The notes beneath the pieces were generated by a model that was not told the DNA's origin, ran no database searches, and saw only the letters and a list, made by a program, of their open reading frames with translations. Of a stretch of 64,000 bases of DNA, positions 50,604 through 60,527 are shown one piece after another (within the stretch, counting starts at the first letter, position 1; each line of letters starts with the position of its first letter). Both the position numbers and the translations under genes were made by a program. Origin of the DNA: a bacterium (GTDB lineage Bacteria; Margulisbacteria; WOR-1; O2-12-FULL-45-9; XYB2-FULL-48-7); assembly GCA_043812655.1 (NCBI GenBank), contig JBDRLW010000044.1:1-64000 (forward strand). The letters are read 5' to 3'.

Positions 50604-51497
50604 TTAAAGGCTAACGATCGCTTCTTCCGCAGCTTGCTCCAATCTTCCAATCCTTCTTCCCTCCACCAGCGCGTCAACATCTATCGACAAAAGCCTAACC
50701 CCTTGTTCGCTGTCATGTTGTTGGCCTCCTCCAGCATTCAGGCTTATCGTAAAGCGGTTAACTATAGACCAAGGAAGATACTCACCTCCAGCAAAAGGCC
50801 CATCATGCACATGGCCAGCTAAATGAAGCAGAGGTTTTTGTGTCCGGATAAAATTTAATACATCGGAGCTCCCTTGTGACTGTCCTTTGAATTGGTCGAC
50901 ATGGCCAAAGGCCGGCATATGAGTCATTAATACCGCGCTTGCCCACTCATTTGGCTGCCAGGAATTTGTAGCGGTTAAAAGATCACCTAATACCAGTTTA
51001 AAAGCTTCAGCGGAGATTATGCCACCATACCAAGGATTATATTGAAGGATACGGCTGGCATTCTCATCGTTGGGAGTGATCGCTCCAGCACCTAAAAGAT
51101 AAAGTGAATTAACGTCAGAGACCTTGCCATCGAGGCATTGGAATGGCCCACTAGCAACCCCCAAACCAGCCAACTGAACATAGGCGAGAAAATCGGCATT
51201 TCCTGGAACTATATAAACTGGTAAGCCCTTGGGGATTGAAGCCAGAAGCGGCTTCATCCATTGATCGACCACTTCCCAACTGATCTTCCCTCTCTCCTTG
51301 ACTTCATTTTCGGTCAAAGGTCTTGCGATCATCGGATTCCAGATCGGACCGCCAACCAGGGTAAATGTGTCGCTAGTTAAGCAAACCGCGGCAGTATGAG
51401 CCGGCAGTTTGTTTATTTTATTTCCGAAGCTCCCCAACCGTACACGTGTTTCAGGTGCCCCCAAATGTAAATCCGTAACATAAGCAATCCTTCCCAT
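50604..51497 (-). CDS. Calcineurin-like metallophosphoesterase
   Basis: TDLH, PGNAD, THMP, GHVH; SD aaggagg. Confidence 0.82.
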   Translation of the reverse strand: MGRIAYVTDLHLGAPETRVRLGSFGNKINKLPAHTAAVCLTSDTFTLVGGPIWNPMIARPLTENEVKERGKISWEVVDQWMKPLLASIPKGLPVYIVPGNADFLAYVQLAGLGVASGPFQCLDGKVSDVNSLYLLGAGAITPNDENASRILQYNPWYGGIISAEAFKLVLGDLLTATNSWQPNEWASAVLMTHMPAFGHVDQFKGQSQGSSDVLNFIRTQKPLLHLAGHVHDGPFAGGEYLPWSIVNRFTISLNAGGGQQHDSEQGVRLLSIDVDALVEGRRIGRLEQAAEEAIVSL

Positions 51498-51620
51498 AAT
51501 AAATCCCTCCTTGAATTTTTTCCTACACTTTTACATCCTTCTCTTCTCCAACAAATTTCACTCAATTTTAAGAATATGGTAAAATAGTAGTAATTCCAAA
51601 GACAAGAAAGAGGTAAACAA

Positions 51621-53963
51621 ATGTCAAAATACGGATACTTTGATCAAGATAATAAGGAATATGTCATTACCCGGCCCGATACGCCGCTCCCTTGGATCAA
51701 CTATTTAGGCGCTGAAGAATATTGCGCGATAATGTCGAACACTGCCGGCGGCTACAGCTTCTATCGCGATCCCAAAGAACGGAGAATAACCCGCTATCGC
51801 TATAACAACGTGCCGATGGATCGTGGCGGCCGCTACATTTACGTCAGAGACAACAAATCTTCAGATTATTGGTCCGTCTCCTGGCAGCCGGTCATGAAAC
51901 TGGATAAATACGAATGCCGCCACGGGATCGGCTATACTACGATCGCCGCTGAATATGCCGGGGTTTCAACCAAGGCAACATACTTTGTCCCACTAGGTGA
52001 AAACTTAGAGGTCTGGATGATAGAGATATCAGCCAAGGAAGACCGTGACCTGTCACTCTTCCCCTTTGTCGAGTTCTGCCTCTGGGACGCGTTGAACGAC
52101 ATGACCGACTACCAATACAATCTCAATATCGGGCAGACAGAGTATAAAGACGGGACGATCTATCATCTTTCTAGATACCGGGTAACCCAAGACCTGCTTG
52201 CTTTCCTCGCTTGTACCAACGCCGCACCAAAAGGCTATGACACGCAACGGCGTGACTTTATGGGAACTTATGGCGACTTCTCTAACCCGAGGGCCGTGAT
52301 CGAAGGAAAGATGAATAATTCGATCGCCTGTGGCTGGTCGCCGGTCGGCGCGCTGATGATCCCCTGCCAGCTTAAAGCCGGCGAGACTAAAACCTTTATC
52401 TTTGTCCTCGGCTATTCTGAAAAATTGACGGAACCGGCCAAAAAGATCAAAAAGTTCAGCTCCAAAGAAGTGATCGAAAAAGAATTGGTCAAATTAAAGG
52501 ATTATTGGGAAGAAAATCTTAACAAATATTCGGTCCGCACCCCTGATAACGAAATGAACCTGATGGTCAACACTTGGAACCAATACCAATGCCGGACGAC
52601 ATTTAACTGGTCACGCTCTGCCTCCTATTATGAATCAGGAATTGGCCGCGGGATGGGCTTCCGCGATTCCAACCAAGACACTTTAGGCTTCGTCCACATG
52701 ATCCCGGCCAAAGTTAAAGAAAGAATTAAAGATCTGGCCGCTACCCAATTAAAAGACGGATCTGCCTACCACCAATATTCGCCGTTATCAAAAAAAGCCA
52801 ATCCTTCCGACCATAAATATGGCGACGACCATCTCTGGTTGATCTATTCAACCGCCAGCTATTTGAAAGAAACTGGCGATCTTGATTTCTTAAAAGAAAA
52901 AGTAACCTTTGCCAGTGAAGATTCGGGGACAATGTATGAACATTTAGCCCGGGCGATCGGCTTCTCGATGAAAAATATCGGTTCTCATGGCTTACCAAAA
53001 ATACTTTTTGCCGACTGGAACGATTGTTTGAACCTTGACCAAGGCAAAGGGAAGGCCGAATCGGTCATGGTCGCCCAAATGCTTGTCGGAGCGGCTTACG
53101 AAATGGCCAAGATCGCGCAGCTCCTCGGCAAAAAATCGGACATCAAAAAATACACCGACATCGCCGACAAGATGAAAGCGACCATCAACAAAAAATCGTG
53201 GGATGGAGAATGGTATGTCCGGGCTTATACCGACGATGTTGAGCCAGTCGGCGCTAAAGAATGCAAAGAAGGAAAGATCTATCTTGAAACCCAAGCTTGG
53301 GGAGTCCTTTCCGGCACTGCCGACCAAGAGCGTGGCAAACAATGCATGGATTCTGTCTACAAGCATTTATCCACCGAACACGGGATCCAAGTTATGACCC
53401 CTCCCTACTCAAAATTCTATTATCAATACGGCTCGATCGGCGTCTATCCTCCAGGCCTCAAGGAAAATGGCGGGATTTTTTGCCATCCCAATCCGTGGGC
53501 GATGGCCGCAGAGTGCATGCTGGGTCGAGGCAACCGGGCTTACGAATATTATCGGGCGATCCTGCCGGCCGCCCGGGCCCAGATCGCCGATCTCCATAAA
53601 ACCGAACCATATGTTTACTGCCAAATGATCGCCGGCAAATTCCATAAAGATTTTGGCGAAGGGAAAAACTCCTGGCTGACCGGCGCCGCCTGCTGGAATT
53701 TTGTCGCCGCTTCTCAATATATCCTTGGTGTCCAACCAGATTACCAGGGACTGCGGATCGATCCTTGCATCCCGACCGAGTGGAAAGGGTTTACCGTTAA
53801 GCGCCATTTTCGGGGAAAAGATTATTATATTACCGTCCGCAACCCGGAGAACGTCAGCAAAGGGGTTAAATCCATGGTCATAGACGGTAAAAAAACCGCC
53901 GGCAATTTGATCCCTTCTACTTTAACCGGCAAAGAGCACCACGTCGAAGTATTAATGGGATAA
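51621..53963 (+). CDS. GH94 glycoside phosphorylase, cellobiose phosphorylase-like
   Basis: YG.FD....EYVIT.P.TP.PWINYLG, ESGIGRGMGFRDSNQD, ADWNDCLNL, KENGGIFCH, NSWLTG. Confidence 0.92.
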   Translation: MSKYGYFDQDNKEYVITRPDTPLPWINYLGAEEYCAIMSNTAGGYSFYRDPKERRITRYRYNNVPMDRGGRYIYVRDNKSSDYWSVSWQPVMKLDKYECRHGIGYTTIAAEYAGVSTKATYFVPLGENLEVWMIEISAKEDRDLSLFPFVEFCLWDALNDMTDYQYNLNIGQTEYKDGTIYHLSRYRVTQDLLAFLACTNAAPKGYDTQRRDFMGTYGDFSNPRAVIEGKMNNSIACGWSPVGALMIPCQLKAGETKTFIFVLGYSEKLTEPAKKIKKFSSKEVIEKELVKLKDYWEENLNKYSVRTPDNEMNLMVNTWNQYQCRTTFNWSRSASYYESGIGRGMGFRDSNQDTLGFVHMIPAKVKERIKDLAATQLKDGSAYHQYSPLSKKANPSDHKYGDDHLWLIYSTASYLKETGDLDFLKEKVTFASEDSGTMYEHLARAIGFSMKNIGSHGLPKILFADWNDCLNLDQGKGKAESVMVAQMLVGAAYEMAKIAQLLGKKSDIKKYTDIADKMKATINKKSWDGEWYVRAYTDDVEPVGAKECKEGKIYLETQAWGVLSGTADQERGKQCMDSVYKHLSTEHGIQVMTPPYSKFYYQYGSIGVYPPGLKENGGIFCHPNPWAMAAECMLGRGNRAYEYYRAILPAARAQIADLHKTEPYVYCQMIAGKFHKDFGEGKNSWLTGAACWNFVAASQYILGVQPDYQGLRIDPCIPTEWKGFTVKRHFRGKDYYITVRNPENVSKGVKSMVIDGKKTAGNLIPSTLTGKEHHVEVLMG

Positions 53964-53994
53964 AAAAAGGGATGAAGCTTGGCCTTCATCCCTT
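53962..53994 (-). terminator. Intrinsic terminator between convergent genes
   Basis: aagggatgaag/cttcatccctt stem with an A run on the left. Confidence 0.75.
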
Positions 53995-54017
53995 GGAGAA
54001 AGTATTCGACTGAACGT

Positions 54018-54872
54018 TTATTTTGTGACCGTCCCAAACCTCGTTAAACAGACGCCGCCTAAGCCGCAAAGGATGGCGATCAACTTTACTAGCGGGCCGC
54101 CGTACGGCGCCAAGCCAACCAGTGAAAGAAGAACGACCCCTAGTAGCGTCTCGACCATCATCGATTTACCTACTATTCTAAGCACGTGCAGCGTTTTCTT
54201 GCCGATCAGGTGCCCAGCCGCCACATAACCAAAGATCGCCGCGGCTACTACAATGGCGATCCAAAGAGGGATCAAAATAATGCCAATTATCGAAACAGCC
54301 AGTAAGACAACGATCGGGACTATTAGGATAACCCCCAACACCCCGACAAAGAAGTTTTTGAGCAGATCCTTTTCGAGGCAACCGGAAACTCTTCCAAGCT
54401 GCTTGGTGAACACAGCCACTAAGATCGCGGCCAGCACTAAAAACCCAAAAAAACTAATTAAGCCAAAAAAGACCATCCCTTTAAGCATCCCGCCTTTTGT
54501 GAAAAAAGAGACGGCTGGAGTTACCCCAGCGACAGAAACCTCAACAACATCACCTTTGCTGATCGCCCCTGGCTCTTTCATTATCTTACCACCAACCGCA
54601 ACAACATCCCCCCCTACCATGGCAGAATCTTTTAGGAAAACTGAACCGCCAACCGCCACTACATCTTCTGATACCTGGCCATAAACAGTTACTGAACCGC
54701 CGACTGAAACAACCGACCTTACTTCGGCTCCTTCAGGAATAGTAATGCTTTCGCCGACTTTAACTATCGCCGGTCTTTCTTTTTTAAGGCCCTGAATAGT
54801 GGCATAACTACCGGCAGCGATAAAAACTAAAAGGAGGATAACAAAAAGAGAAGCAAAAACTTTTCTTATCAT
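54018..54872 (-). CDS. Membrane protein with bactofilin-like beta-helix repeats
   Basis: Signal peptide, repeated V.GDVVAVGG units, several C-terminal TMs. Confidence 0.7.
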   Translation of the reverse strand: MIRKVFASLFVILLLVFIAAGSYATIQGLKKERPAIVKVGESITIPEGAEVRSVVSVGGSVTVYGQVSEDVVAVGGSVFLKDSAMVGGDVVAVGGKIMKEPGAISKGDVVEVSVAGVTPAVSFFTKGGMLKGMVFFGLISFFGFLVLAAILVAVFTKQLGRVSGCLEKDLLKNFFVGVLGVILIVPIVVLLAVSIIGIILIPLWIAIVVAAAIFGYVAAGHLIGKKTLHVLRIVGKSMMVETLLGVVLLSLVGLAPYGGPLVKLIAILCGLGGVCLTRFGTVTK

Positions 54873-54926
54873 AAACCCGCACCTCCGATAGGCATCTAAG
54901 ACTTTTGGGACAAGAAAATTATAAAA

Positions 54927-55490
54927 TTATGCCGCAGTCTTGTCAACTATCAAAACCGCGGCAGAAATAACCGTCGTCCAAAGTCCGCGTTGGCCAATGG
55001 CGCTTTGGGTAATATGAGAGGTGCGGACGATCTTATCAGAAAGTTTCCAGAGATCTTGCCGCTCGTCCCACGAAGCATCCTGGTCAAACGAGACGCCAAG
55101 GGTCGTGGCGAGCATTTGGGCCGCAATATCTTCGGCGTAATCACCGCACTCTTCGTCAGTCATGCCGTGCCCGTGGTGTTCACTCAAATAACCGTAAGAA
55201 TTGGCGTCCGCGGGAAGAGCCATCCCGATCGAAGCGGAAATTAACCGGTGGGACTCATTGGTATCATTGCGCGACATAACAATAAAAGTTATTTCCCCTG
55301 GCTTGAGCATTTTGGCCCCTTGTTCTTTGGGGACCAGTTTACAGCCTGGGGGGAAGATCGACGAAACCTGGACATAATTTACCGCTTGGATGCCGGCATC
55401 ACGCAGGGCCATCTCAAAGCTGGCCAATTTCTCTTTATGCCGCCCCACCCCTTTGGTGAGAAATATTTTATCGGGAACCATGCCGCTCAT
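54927..55490 (-). CDS. Pyruvoyl-dependent arginine decarboxylase (PdaD/AaxB family)
   Basis: SFE.ALRDAGI...[20 protein letters not shown]. Confidence 0.92.
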   Translation of the reverse strand: MSGMVPDKIFLTKGVGRHKEKLASFEMALRDAGIQAVNYVQVSSIFPPGCKLVPKEQGAKMLKPGEITFIVMSRNDTNESHRLISASIGMALPADANSYGYLSEHHGHGMTDEECGDYAEDIAAQMLATTLGVSFDQDASWDERQDLWKLSDKIVRTSHITQSAIGQRGLWTTVISAAVLIVDKTAA

Positions 55491-55503
55491 AAGGGGTATT
55501 TTA

Positions 55504-56133
55504 TCATACTAACGTATCTAAGTAACGCCAAACATCGGCTAATTGTTTGCGCTGGTTATAAATTGCCAATAATTTACCGATCGGTTGTTTATAAATGATC
55601 TGAAAATGGGGTCGGTCAGGAAACTTTGTCCAACTCCCGCCCCATTCAAAAGCGCGGCCGTTCCCCAGTCTTCCCAGCTCATTCCATCGTTCGCTGTTCC
55701 AGGTCCAGCCGTTCTTATTCTTAAAAACGACATCGATCGCTAATCCATAATTATGGTAGGAATAGCCCGGCCCAGCGTTGGTAATTATTATGCCTGGCTT
55801 GCTCCGCCCCTGGGCATATAACCCAGCCTGTTCTTCAAATGTTCTAACGCCGCAAAAAAGATACGCATTTATCTTTCTTGCATCTTCCATGAAATTATAC
55901 GCATGTTCTCTTAATCCTGGATAAAGCTTTTCAATTTTGGGGTCCTTGGCGATCGTTGGTTTTACCGCCGGCGGTTTTGGCGGCTGAGTTGGTGGTGGCT
56001 CGATCTTTTTAGGCGGCTCTACTACTTTAACGGTTGCTGGTTCTGTGGTCGTTTTTATCGGCTCTTCGGTCTTTTTACCAAAAGAGAAGAATGACCTTAT
56101 CTTTCCCAATATATCGGCAATAAAGCTGCTCAT
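55504..56133 (-). CDS. M15 family peptidase (L-Ala-D-Glu endopeptidase-like) with Pro-rich N-terminal linker
   Basis: [30 protein letters not shown]. Confidence 0.9.
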   Translation of the reverse strand: MSSFIADILGKIRSFFSFGKKTEEPIKTTTEPATVKVVEPPKKIEPPPTQPPKPPAVKPTIAKDPKIEKLYPGLREHAYNFMEDARKINAYLFCGVRTFEEQAGLYAQGRSKPGIIITNAGPGYSYHNYGLAIDVVFKNKNGWTWNSERWNELGRLGNGRAFEWGGSWTKFPDRPHFQIIYKQPIGKLLAIYNQRKQLADVWRYLDTLV

Positions 56134-56420
56134 TTGCTCCTCCCTCTTGATCTCGAAGCTGCTTTAAGTATACCCCGATCACCTTTGATTAAAGCTAATT
56201 TTTTCGTTCTGCTCCACCCTTTTATTTGTGCTTCTCGCTTAGCCGCAGCAGATCTAGAAGGGTGTTTCTCAGAGTATCTAATCTTAACAGCTGGGTTATA
56301 CCTTGTGTAGTGGCCACCTTGCCCCGTTTGGTGTTGGCTGAATCGTCGCTCTAAATTATTTGTTATTCCGGTGTAAAAAGCTTTATTGGTACATTCGATA
56401 ATGCATACAAAATATGGCAT
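56130..56420 (-). CDS. Small GIY-YIG nuclease (UPF0213-like), 96 aa
   Basis: FYTG.TNNLERR..QH, A.KRE.QIK.WSR.KK; ATG at 56420 (the track ORF runs through the tRNA). Confidence 0.88.
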   Translation of the reverse strand: MPYFVCIIECTNKAFYTGITNNLERRFSQHQTGQGGHYTRYNPAVKIRYSEKHPSRSAAAKREAQIKGWSRTKKLALIKGDRGILKAASRSRGRSK

Positions 56421-56428
56421 TCTTTTTA

Positions 56429-56531
56429 GACCTCGACTCTCTCGCTTCGCTCGTTCGCTCGGCCTACTTCTCCTCGGTCGAGAAGCCGGATTAATACTGA
56501 GCGAGGGAGCGGAGCGACCGAGTCGAAGTAT
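56429..56531. repeat. Inverted pair of GAGC..TCGA-type REP-like palindromes
   Basis: cctcgact..cgctcggc and atactgagcg..agtcgaagtat with nested hairpins. Confidence 0.75.
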
Positions 56532-56601
56532 TGGGGGACAGGGACTTGAACCCCGATTCTCGCCTCCAAAGGGCGGTGTCCTACCATTAGACGATCCCCC
56601 A
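56531..56601 (-). tRNA. tRNA-Gln(TTG)
   Basis: TGGGGGA/TCCCCCA acceptor stem, D arm, CT-TTG-GA loop, GGTTCAAGTCC T arm; CCA not encoded. Confidence 0.95.
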
Positions 56602-56628
56602 GCACTTATTTTATTATATCCGTTCGAC

Positions 56629-56656
56629 TGAAATTTATCAAATAGTTGGACGATAT
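56629..56656 (+). promoter_or_regulatory. Putative alternative-sigma promoter
   Basis: TGAAAT-N16-CGATAT, then SD aaggag and TTG 56673. Confidence 0.6.
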
Positions 56657-56672
56657 ACATAAGGAGTTTAAC

Positions 56673-57779
56673 TTGAGCAATCTTTCATTACAAAATATAA
56701 CAGTCGGAGCACTAACCCGTCAAATCAAAAAAGGTTATCGTTATTCCGTAAAATTAACCGAACTAAAACCTTTTGTTGATGCCTTAATGAAAACCCCCCA
56801 TGATCACGAGCTGTTTTGCCAAAGAGCAACATACAGCTTAGAAGTTGACTTGAAAATTAAAGATCGGAGATCTGTCGTGCTTATGTTAAGGGATCCCATC
56901 GATGTTGAAGGGAAAAAAATAAAGGCCTTAAGACTAAAAGGGGTTTTTCCACAAAGAGGGAAGAGGCACACGGTAAAATCATACAGTGATGGTTCCGGAG
57001 TTGTTGACAGGGCTTATCTGTTTGAAGAAAAAGCCCAGATAAAAACCGGCCCATATACTCCAGGCGCAATGGGAACAATGACCGCTGGCTACTTAACGAA
57101 AGAAGTTGAGGCAGCCCAAAAATTAGACGGTCAAACAGACCTCCTTCTCGGCTACGGGATTTATGAAAACTTCACATATTTGGGGAAACCGGTTGGCTTT
57201 GTTGTTTATGGGATGGAAAGGGTTGTCGATAGTAGGATGGCCAGTTACTCAAGCCCCACAGAAATATTAGCCCTATTGAATAAAACCGGTCAGGCCCTTA
57301 GGGCTTGTCATGAAGCTGGGGTTATCCACGGTTTTCCCCATTTAGGAAATGTGGCCCTTGATCCCGGACAAAAAGTTAGGCTTGTTGACCTAGAAACCGC
57401 TTCACTTTTGCCTTATATTCCCAGCCATTTGTGGCCTTCAAATATGTATTTTGATCTAGCCAGAACTACTTGGGATATCTTTTCTATGTCAAACAACCCA
57501 GAAACATCAACTTCGGCTTTCTTTTCCGGCTATTTTTACGGCCAAGTCCCGACAAACTTTGATCCGTCTGGGATTATTTCTCCTCTTGCCTCTCTAAAAG
57601 TAAGTTCGCTTAATACCAGCGTAAGCCTTGCCGGACAGCCCCTTTATCATTCCCTTGCCGAAGTCGCGAATAACTTAACTGAAATGAAATGGTGTGACAG
57701 TTTTCCCGGCAACTTGAACGATCCCCCTTCAATCTCTAGCCAAGGTAGTTTTTTTCAATCTTCTTCTTCAACTCGTTAG
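56673..57779 (+). CDS. Hypothetical protein with protein-kinase/APH-like C-lobe
   Basis: H.AGVIHGFPHLGNV...LVDLE; SD before TTG. Confidence 0.6.
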   Translation: MSNLSLQNITVGALTRQIKKGYRYSVKLTELKPFVDALMKTPHDHELFCQRATYSLEVDLKIKDRRSVVLMLRDPIDVEGKKIKALRLKGVFPQRGKRHTVKSYSDGSGVVDRAYLFEEKAQIKTGPYTPGAMGTMTAGYLTKEVEAAQKLDGQTDLLLGYGIYENFTYLGKPVGFVVYGMERVVDSRMASYSSPTEILALLNKTGQALRACHEAGVIHGFPHLGNVALDPGQKVRLVDLETASLLPYIPSHLWPSNMYFDLARTTWDIFSMSNNPETSTSAFFSGYFYGQVPTNFDPSGIISPLASLKVSSLNTSVSLAGQPLYHSLAEVANNLTEMKWCDSFPGNLNDPPSISSQGSFFQSSSSTR

Positions 57780-58527
57780 CTAAAATCTTCCCTCGCCGCT
57801 TCATCGCCAACTCGGCACTCTTAATAAAATCATCCAAGCGGTATTTTTCTTTATCACCCCAAGCAAAATTGGGAACGTTTTTGGAGGTCATCCCACCACC
57901 AAAAAGATTAGCGCCAAAGCCGACGACCGCGCCGGTCGGAATTAGCGTTCCAATTCCCAGCTTGGCAAAATCTCCGATAATACAACCTAAAAATTGCTGT
58001 TTAGTATCAATGCCATTCATCTTAACGGTCCCATATGTGTTCTTTAAGTTAGAATTGGTCGTCCCCGCCCCTAAATTGACCCATTCCCCAATATAAGAAT
58101 GGCCGATAAAACCGTAATGGGCTTTGTTAGAATAACCGTGGAAGATCGAATGCGTCACTTCCCCGCCGATCCGGCACTCCGGCCCGATCGACAGCGGGCC
58201 GCGCAGATAGCTTTGCGGGCGAATAATTGTCCCTTTGCCGACATAGATCGGCCCGCTGCGCGCGTCAAGCACTGTCCCGGCTTCCACTTCCGCCCCCTCT
58301 TCGATCAAAACATTTTCTTTGCTATAAATAATAACGGAATGATCCACGTGACCCTTGACCCCTGCCCCCAGGATTTTTAAATCTGCTTCTAAGTCCTCCT
58401 TAAGGCTAATAATTAATTCCCAAACATATTTAATTTTCCGTTCCGGATGGTCAGCCAGCATCCTGGCTCCGCAACGCAGTTCATCAATTGTACGAATATA
58501 TGCAAGAGGTTCTTTATTATTTTTCAT
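57736..58527 (-). CDS. GlmU-related left-handed beta-helix (hexapeptide) transferase
   Basis: GPIY.G, GGEV..SI...YSNK.H.GF.GHSY.GEWVNLGAGT.NSNLKN. Confidence 0.82.
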   Translation of the reverse strand: MKNNKEPLAYIRTIDELRCGARMLADHPERKIKYVWELIISLKEDLEADLKILGAGVKGHVDHSVIIYSKENVLIEEGAEVEAGTVLDARSGPIYVGKGTIIRPQSYLRGPLSIGPECRIGGEVTHSIFHGYSNKAHYGFIGHSYIGEWVNLGAGTTNSNLKNTYGTVKMNGIDTKQQFLGCIIGDFAKLGIGTLIPTGAVVGFGANLFGGGMTSKNVPNFAWGDKEKYRLDDFIKSAELAMKRRGKILANELKKKIEKNYLG

Positions 58528-58560
58528 ATTTTTTATCTAACAGACTTACCAACTAACCAA

Positions 58561-59778
58561 CTACACTTTCCTCTTATATCTCGGGTCTTCAAAATTATAG
58601 GTAAAGTGCGTATGGGTCTCGTAGCGGCCTTCTAAAATAGCGATCACGTCTTCAATGAAAACGATCTCTTCATCGGTCGGGATAACGTAAATTTTGATCG
58701 GTGAATCGTTCGTTGAGATCAAGGACTCTTGCCCGCGGTTGACGGCCGCTTCATTTTTCTTGTTGTCCAGCTTTAATCCAAGGCTCTCAAGGCCAGTAAC
58801 AACTTTTTCTCTAAGTCCCCAGTTTAGCTCCCCCGCCCCAGCTGTAAAAACAACGGCATCAACATTGCCTAGTGCCGCCAGATAAGAGCCGATATATTTT
58901 TTCAGCCGATAAGCCTCGATCTCCATTGCTAACGCGGCCCGGTGGTCGCCATCTTTAGCCGCTTTTTCCACGTCGCGCCGGTCCATGTATTTACCAGTGA
59001 TCCCCAGGAGCCCGCTTTTCTTATTTAAGATCGTATCGATCTCTTCAGCATAAAAACCTTCTTTTTCGATCATAAAAAGAATGATCGCGGGGTCAATGTC
59101 GCCGCAGCGCGTCCCCATCACTGCCCCTTCAAGCGGGGTTAAACCCATGCTGGTATCAACCGAGATCCCTTCTTTGATCGCAGTAATGCTCACCCCGTTA
59201 CCGATATGCATGGTGATCAAATTAGTCTCTTCCGGCTTTTTCCCTAGCAACACCGCCGCCCGCCGGGAAACATAAAGATGAGAGGTGCCGTGGAACCCGT
59301 AGCGCCTAACACCATACATCCCGTACCATTCGTAAGGAACAGGATAGATAAAAGCCTGCTCCGGCATCGTTTGGTGAAAGGCGGTATCAAAAACCGCGAT
59401 ATGGGGGATATTCGGCAAGACTTCTTTGGCCGCTTCGATCCCAGCAATATTTGGAGGATTATGAAGAGGGGCCAGGTCTTTGACCTTTTTTATGGCTTCC
59501 AGAACTTCGTCATTAATTAGGACCGAGCTTTTGAATTTTTCGCCGCCGTGGACGACCCGGTGGCCAACCGCCGATATCTCGGAAAGGTCAGCCAAAACAT
59601 TCTTATCTTTTTCGGTTAAATCCGCCAAGACATGTTTAAGCGCCGTCCGATGGTCGGCCGGGCCGCCGGTAATGCCGACCCGTTCAATTTGCCCGCTCGC
59701 CAAGGTTTGGCGGGTGCTCCACTTATATAATTTGTATTTAACCGAAGAACTACCGCAATTGAGTGCTAGAATTTTCAT
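58561..59778 (-). CDS. ackA: Acetate kinase
   Basis: NCGSSS.K, GHRVVHGG, APLHNP, DTAFH, YGFHGTSH, PTDEE. Confidence 0.98.
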   Translation of the reverse strand: MKILALNCGSSSVKYKLYKWSTRQTLASGQIERVGITGGPADHRTALKHVLADLTEKDKNVLADLSEISAVGHRVVHGGEKFKSSVLINDEVLEAIKKVKDLAPLHNPPNIAGIEAAKEVLPNIPHIAVFDTAFHQTMPEQAFIYPVPYEWYGMYGVRRYGFHGTSHLYVSRRAAVLLGKKPEETNLITMHIGNGVSITAIKEGISVDTSMGLTPLEGAVMGTRCGDIDPAIILFMIEKEGFYAEEIDTILNKKSGLLGITGKYMDRRDVEKAAKDGDHRAALAMEIEAYRLKKYIGSYLAALGNVDAVVFTAGAGELNWGLREKVVTGLESLGLKLDNKKNEAAVNRGQESLISTNDSPIKIYVIPTDEEIVFIEDVIAILEGRYETHTHFTYNFEDPRYKRKV

Positions 59779-60499
59779 AAATAATAACTCCGACCTGTAA
59801 TTTATCGGCTAGCCGCCGCCCTTCTTCCGGCCCTAAAACAAAGATCGCCGTTGATAAGGCGTCTGCTAACCCGGCATCTTTGGCGATCACGGTCACACCT
59901 TGGCATTTATCGGCCGGTTTGCCATTTCTTGGGTCGATAATATGCCCCGGCTGTTCATACTGGCCAGAAGTCGCGAGGGCATCGCCGTCATTCAAGACAA
60001 CGACGTCATTTCCACCTTTGATGCCAATCCGCCAGCCGTCCCCGATCACCGCCATCGACGAATGCATATCAATTATAGCACTTTTAACTCCCCTCTTCAG
60101 TAACAGCTGTCTAGCCGCTTCCACGGCATACCCCTTGCCTATCCCACCCAGATCAATATCCCACGCAGTTTGATTTGAGCTCACATCAAACGCGCCACCT
60201 GATAGTTTTTTTACTTTATCTGCCAGTTCCAAGCACTTGATGGTGTCTGCCGAGGGGACAAAATTTCTCTCCTTGAGTCGACCAACATCACTCTCTTTAT
60301 CAAACCGGCTGAATAATTTATCCAATCTTTTTATTTCTTGAAACGCTTGATCAGCTGAATTACCGGAGAACCAATCATTGATCTTTATCCTGACGGTCGT
60401 CCCCATGACCTGATAATTCTTTTCTATCGGCCGATTGTAATAAATAAACACTATCGCGCCGATAAAGACCAAAATTAGAAAGCCGTATCTTATTTTCAT
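59750..60499 (-). CDS. apbE: FAD:protein FMN transferase (compact)
   Basis: MGT, DLGGIGKGYAV, ATSG.YE, HIIDP, AD.LSTA; ATG 60499. Confidence 0.88.
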   Translation of the reverse strand: MKIRYGFLILVFIGAIVFIYYNRPIEKNYQVMGTTVRIKINDWFSGNSADQAFQEIKRLDKLFSRFDKESDVGRLKERNFVPSADTIKCLELADKVKKLSGGAFDVSSNQTAWDIDLGGIGKGYAVEAARQLLLKRGVKSAIIDMHSSMAVIGDGWRIGIKGGNDVVVLNDGDALATSGQYEQPGHIIDPRNGKPADKCQGVTVIAKDAGLADALSTAIFVLGPEEGRRLADKLQVGVIIYENSSTQLR

Positions 60500-60527
60500 A
60501 AATATGACGTGATATGATATAATAGCA

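Noticed and set aside
55504..56601. Prophage or integrative element (endolysin-like M15 peptidase and nuclease beside a tRNA)
   Set aside because: No integrase or phage structural genes, and I saw no duplicated tRNA 3' end.
56421..56660. N-terminal extension of the 176-aa track ORF
   Set aside because: It reads through the tRNA and palindromes; the family match begins at ATG 56420.
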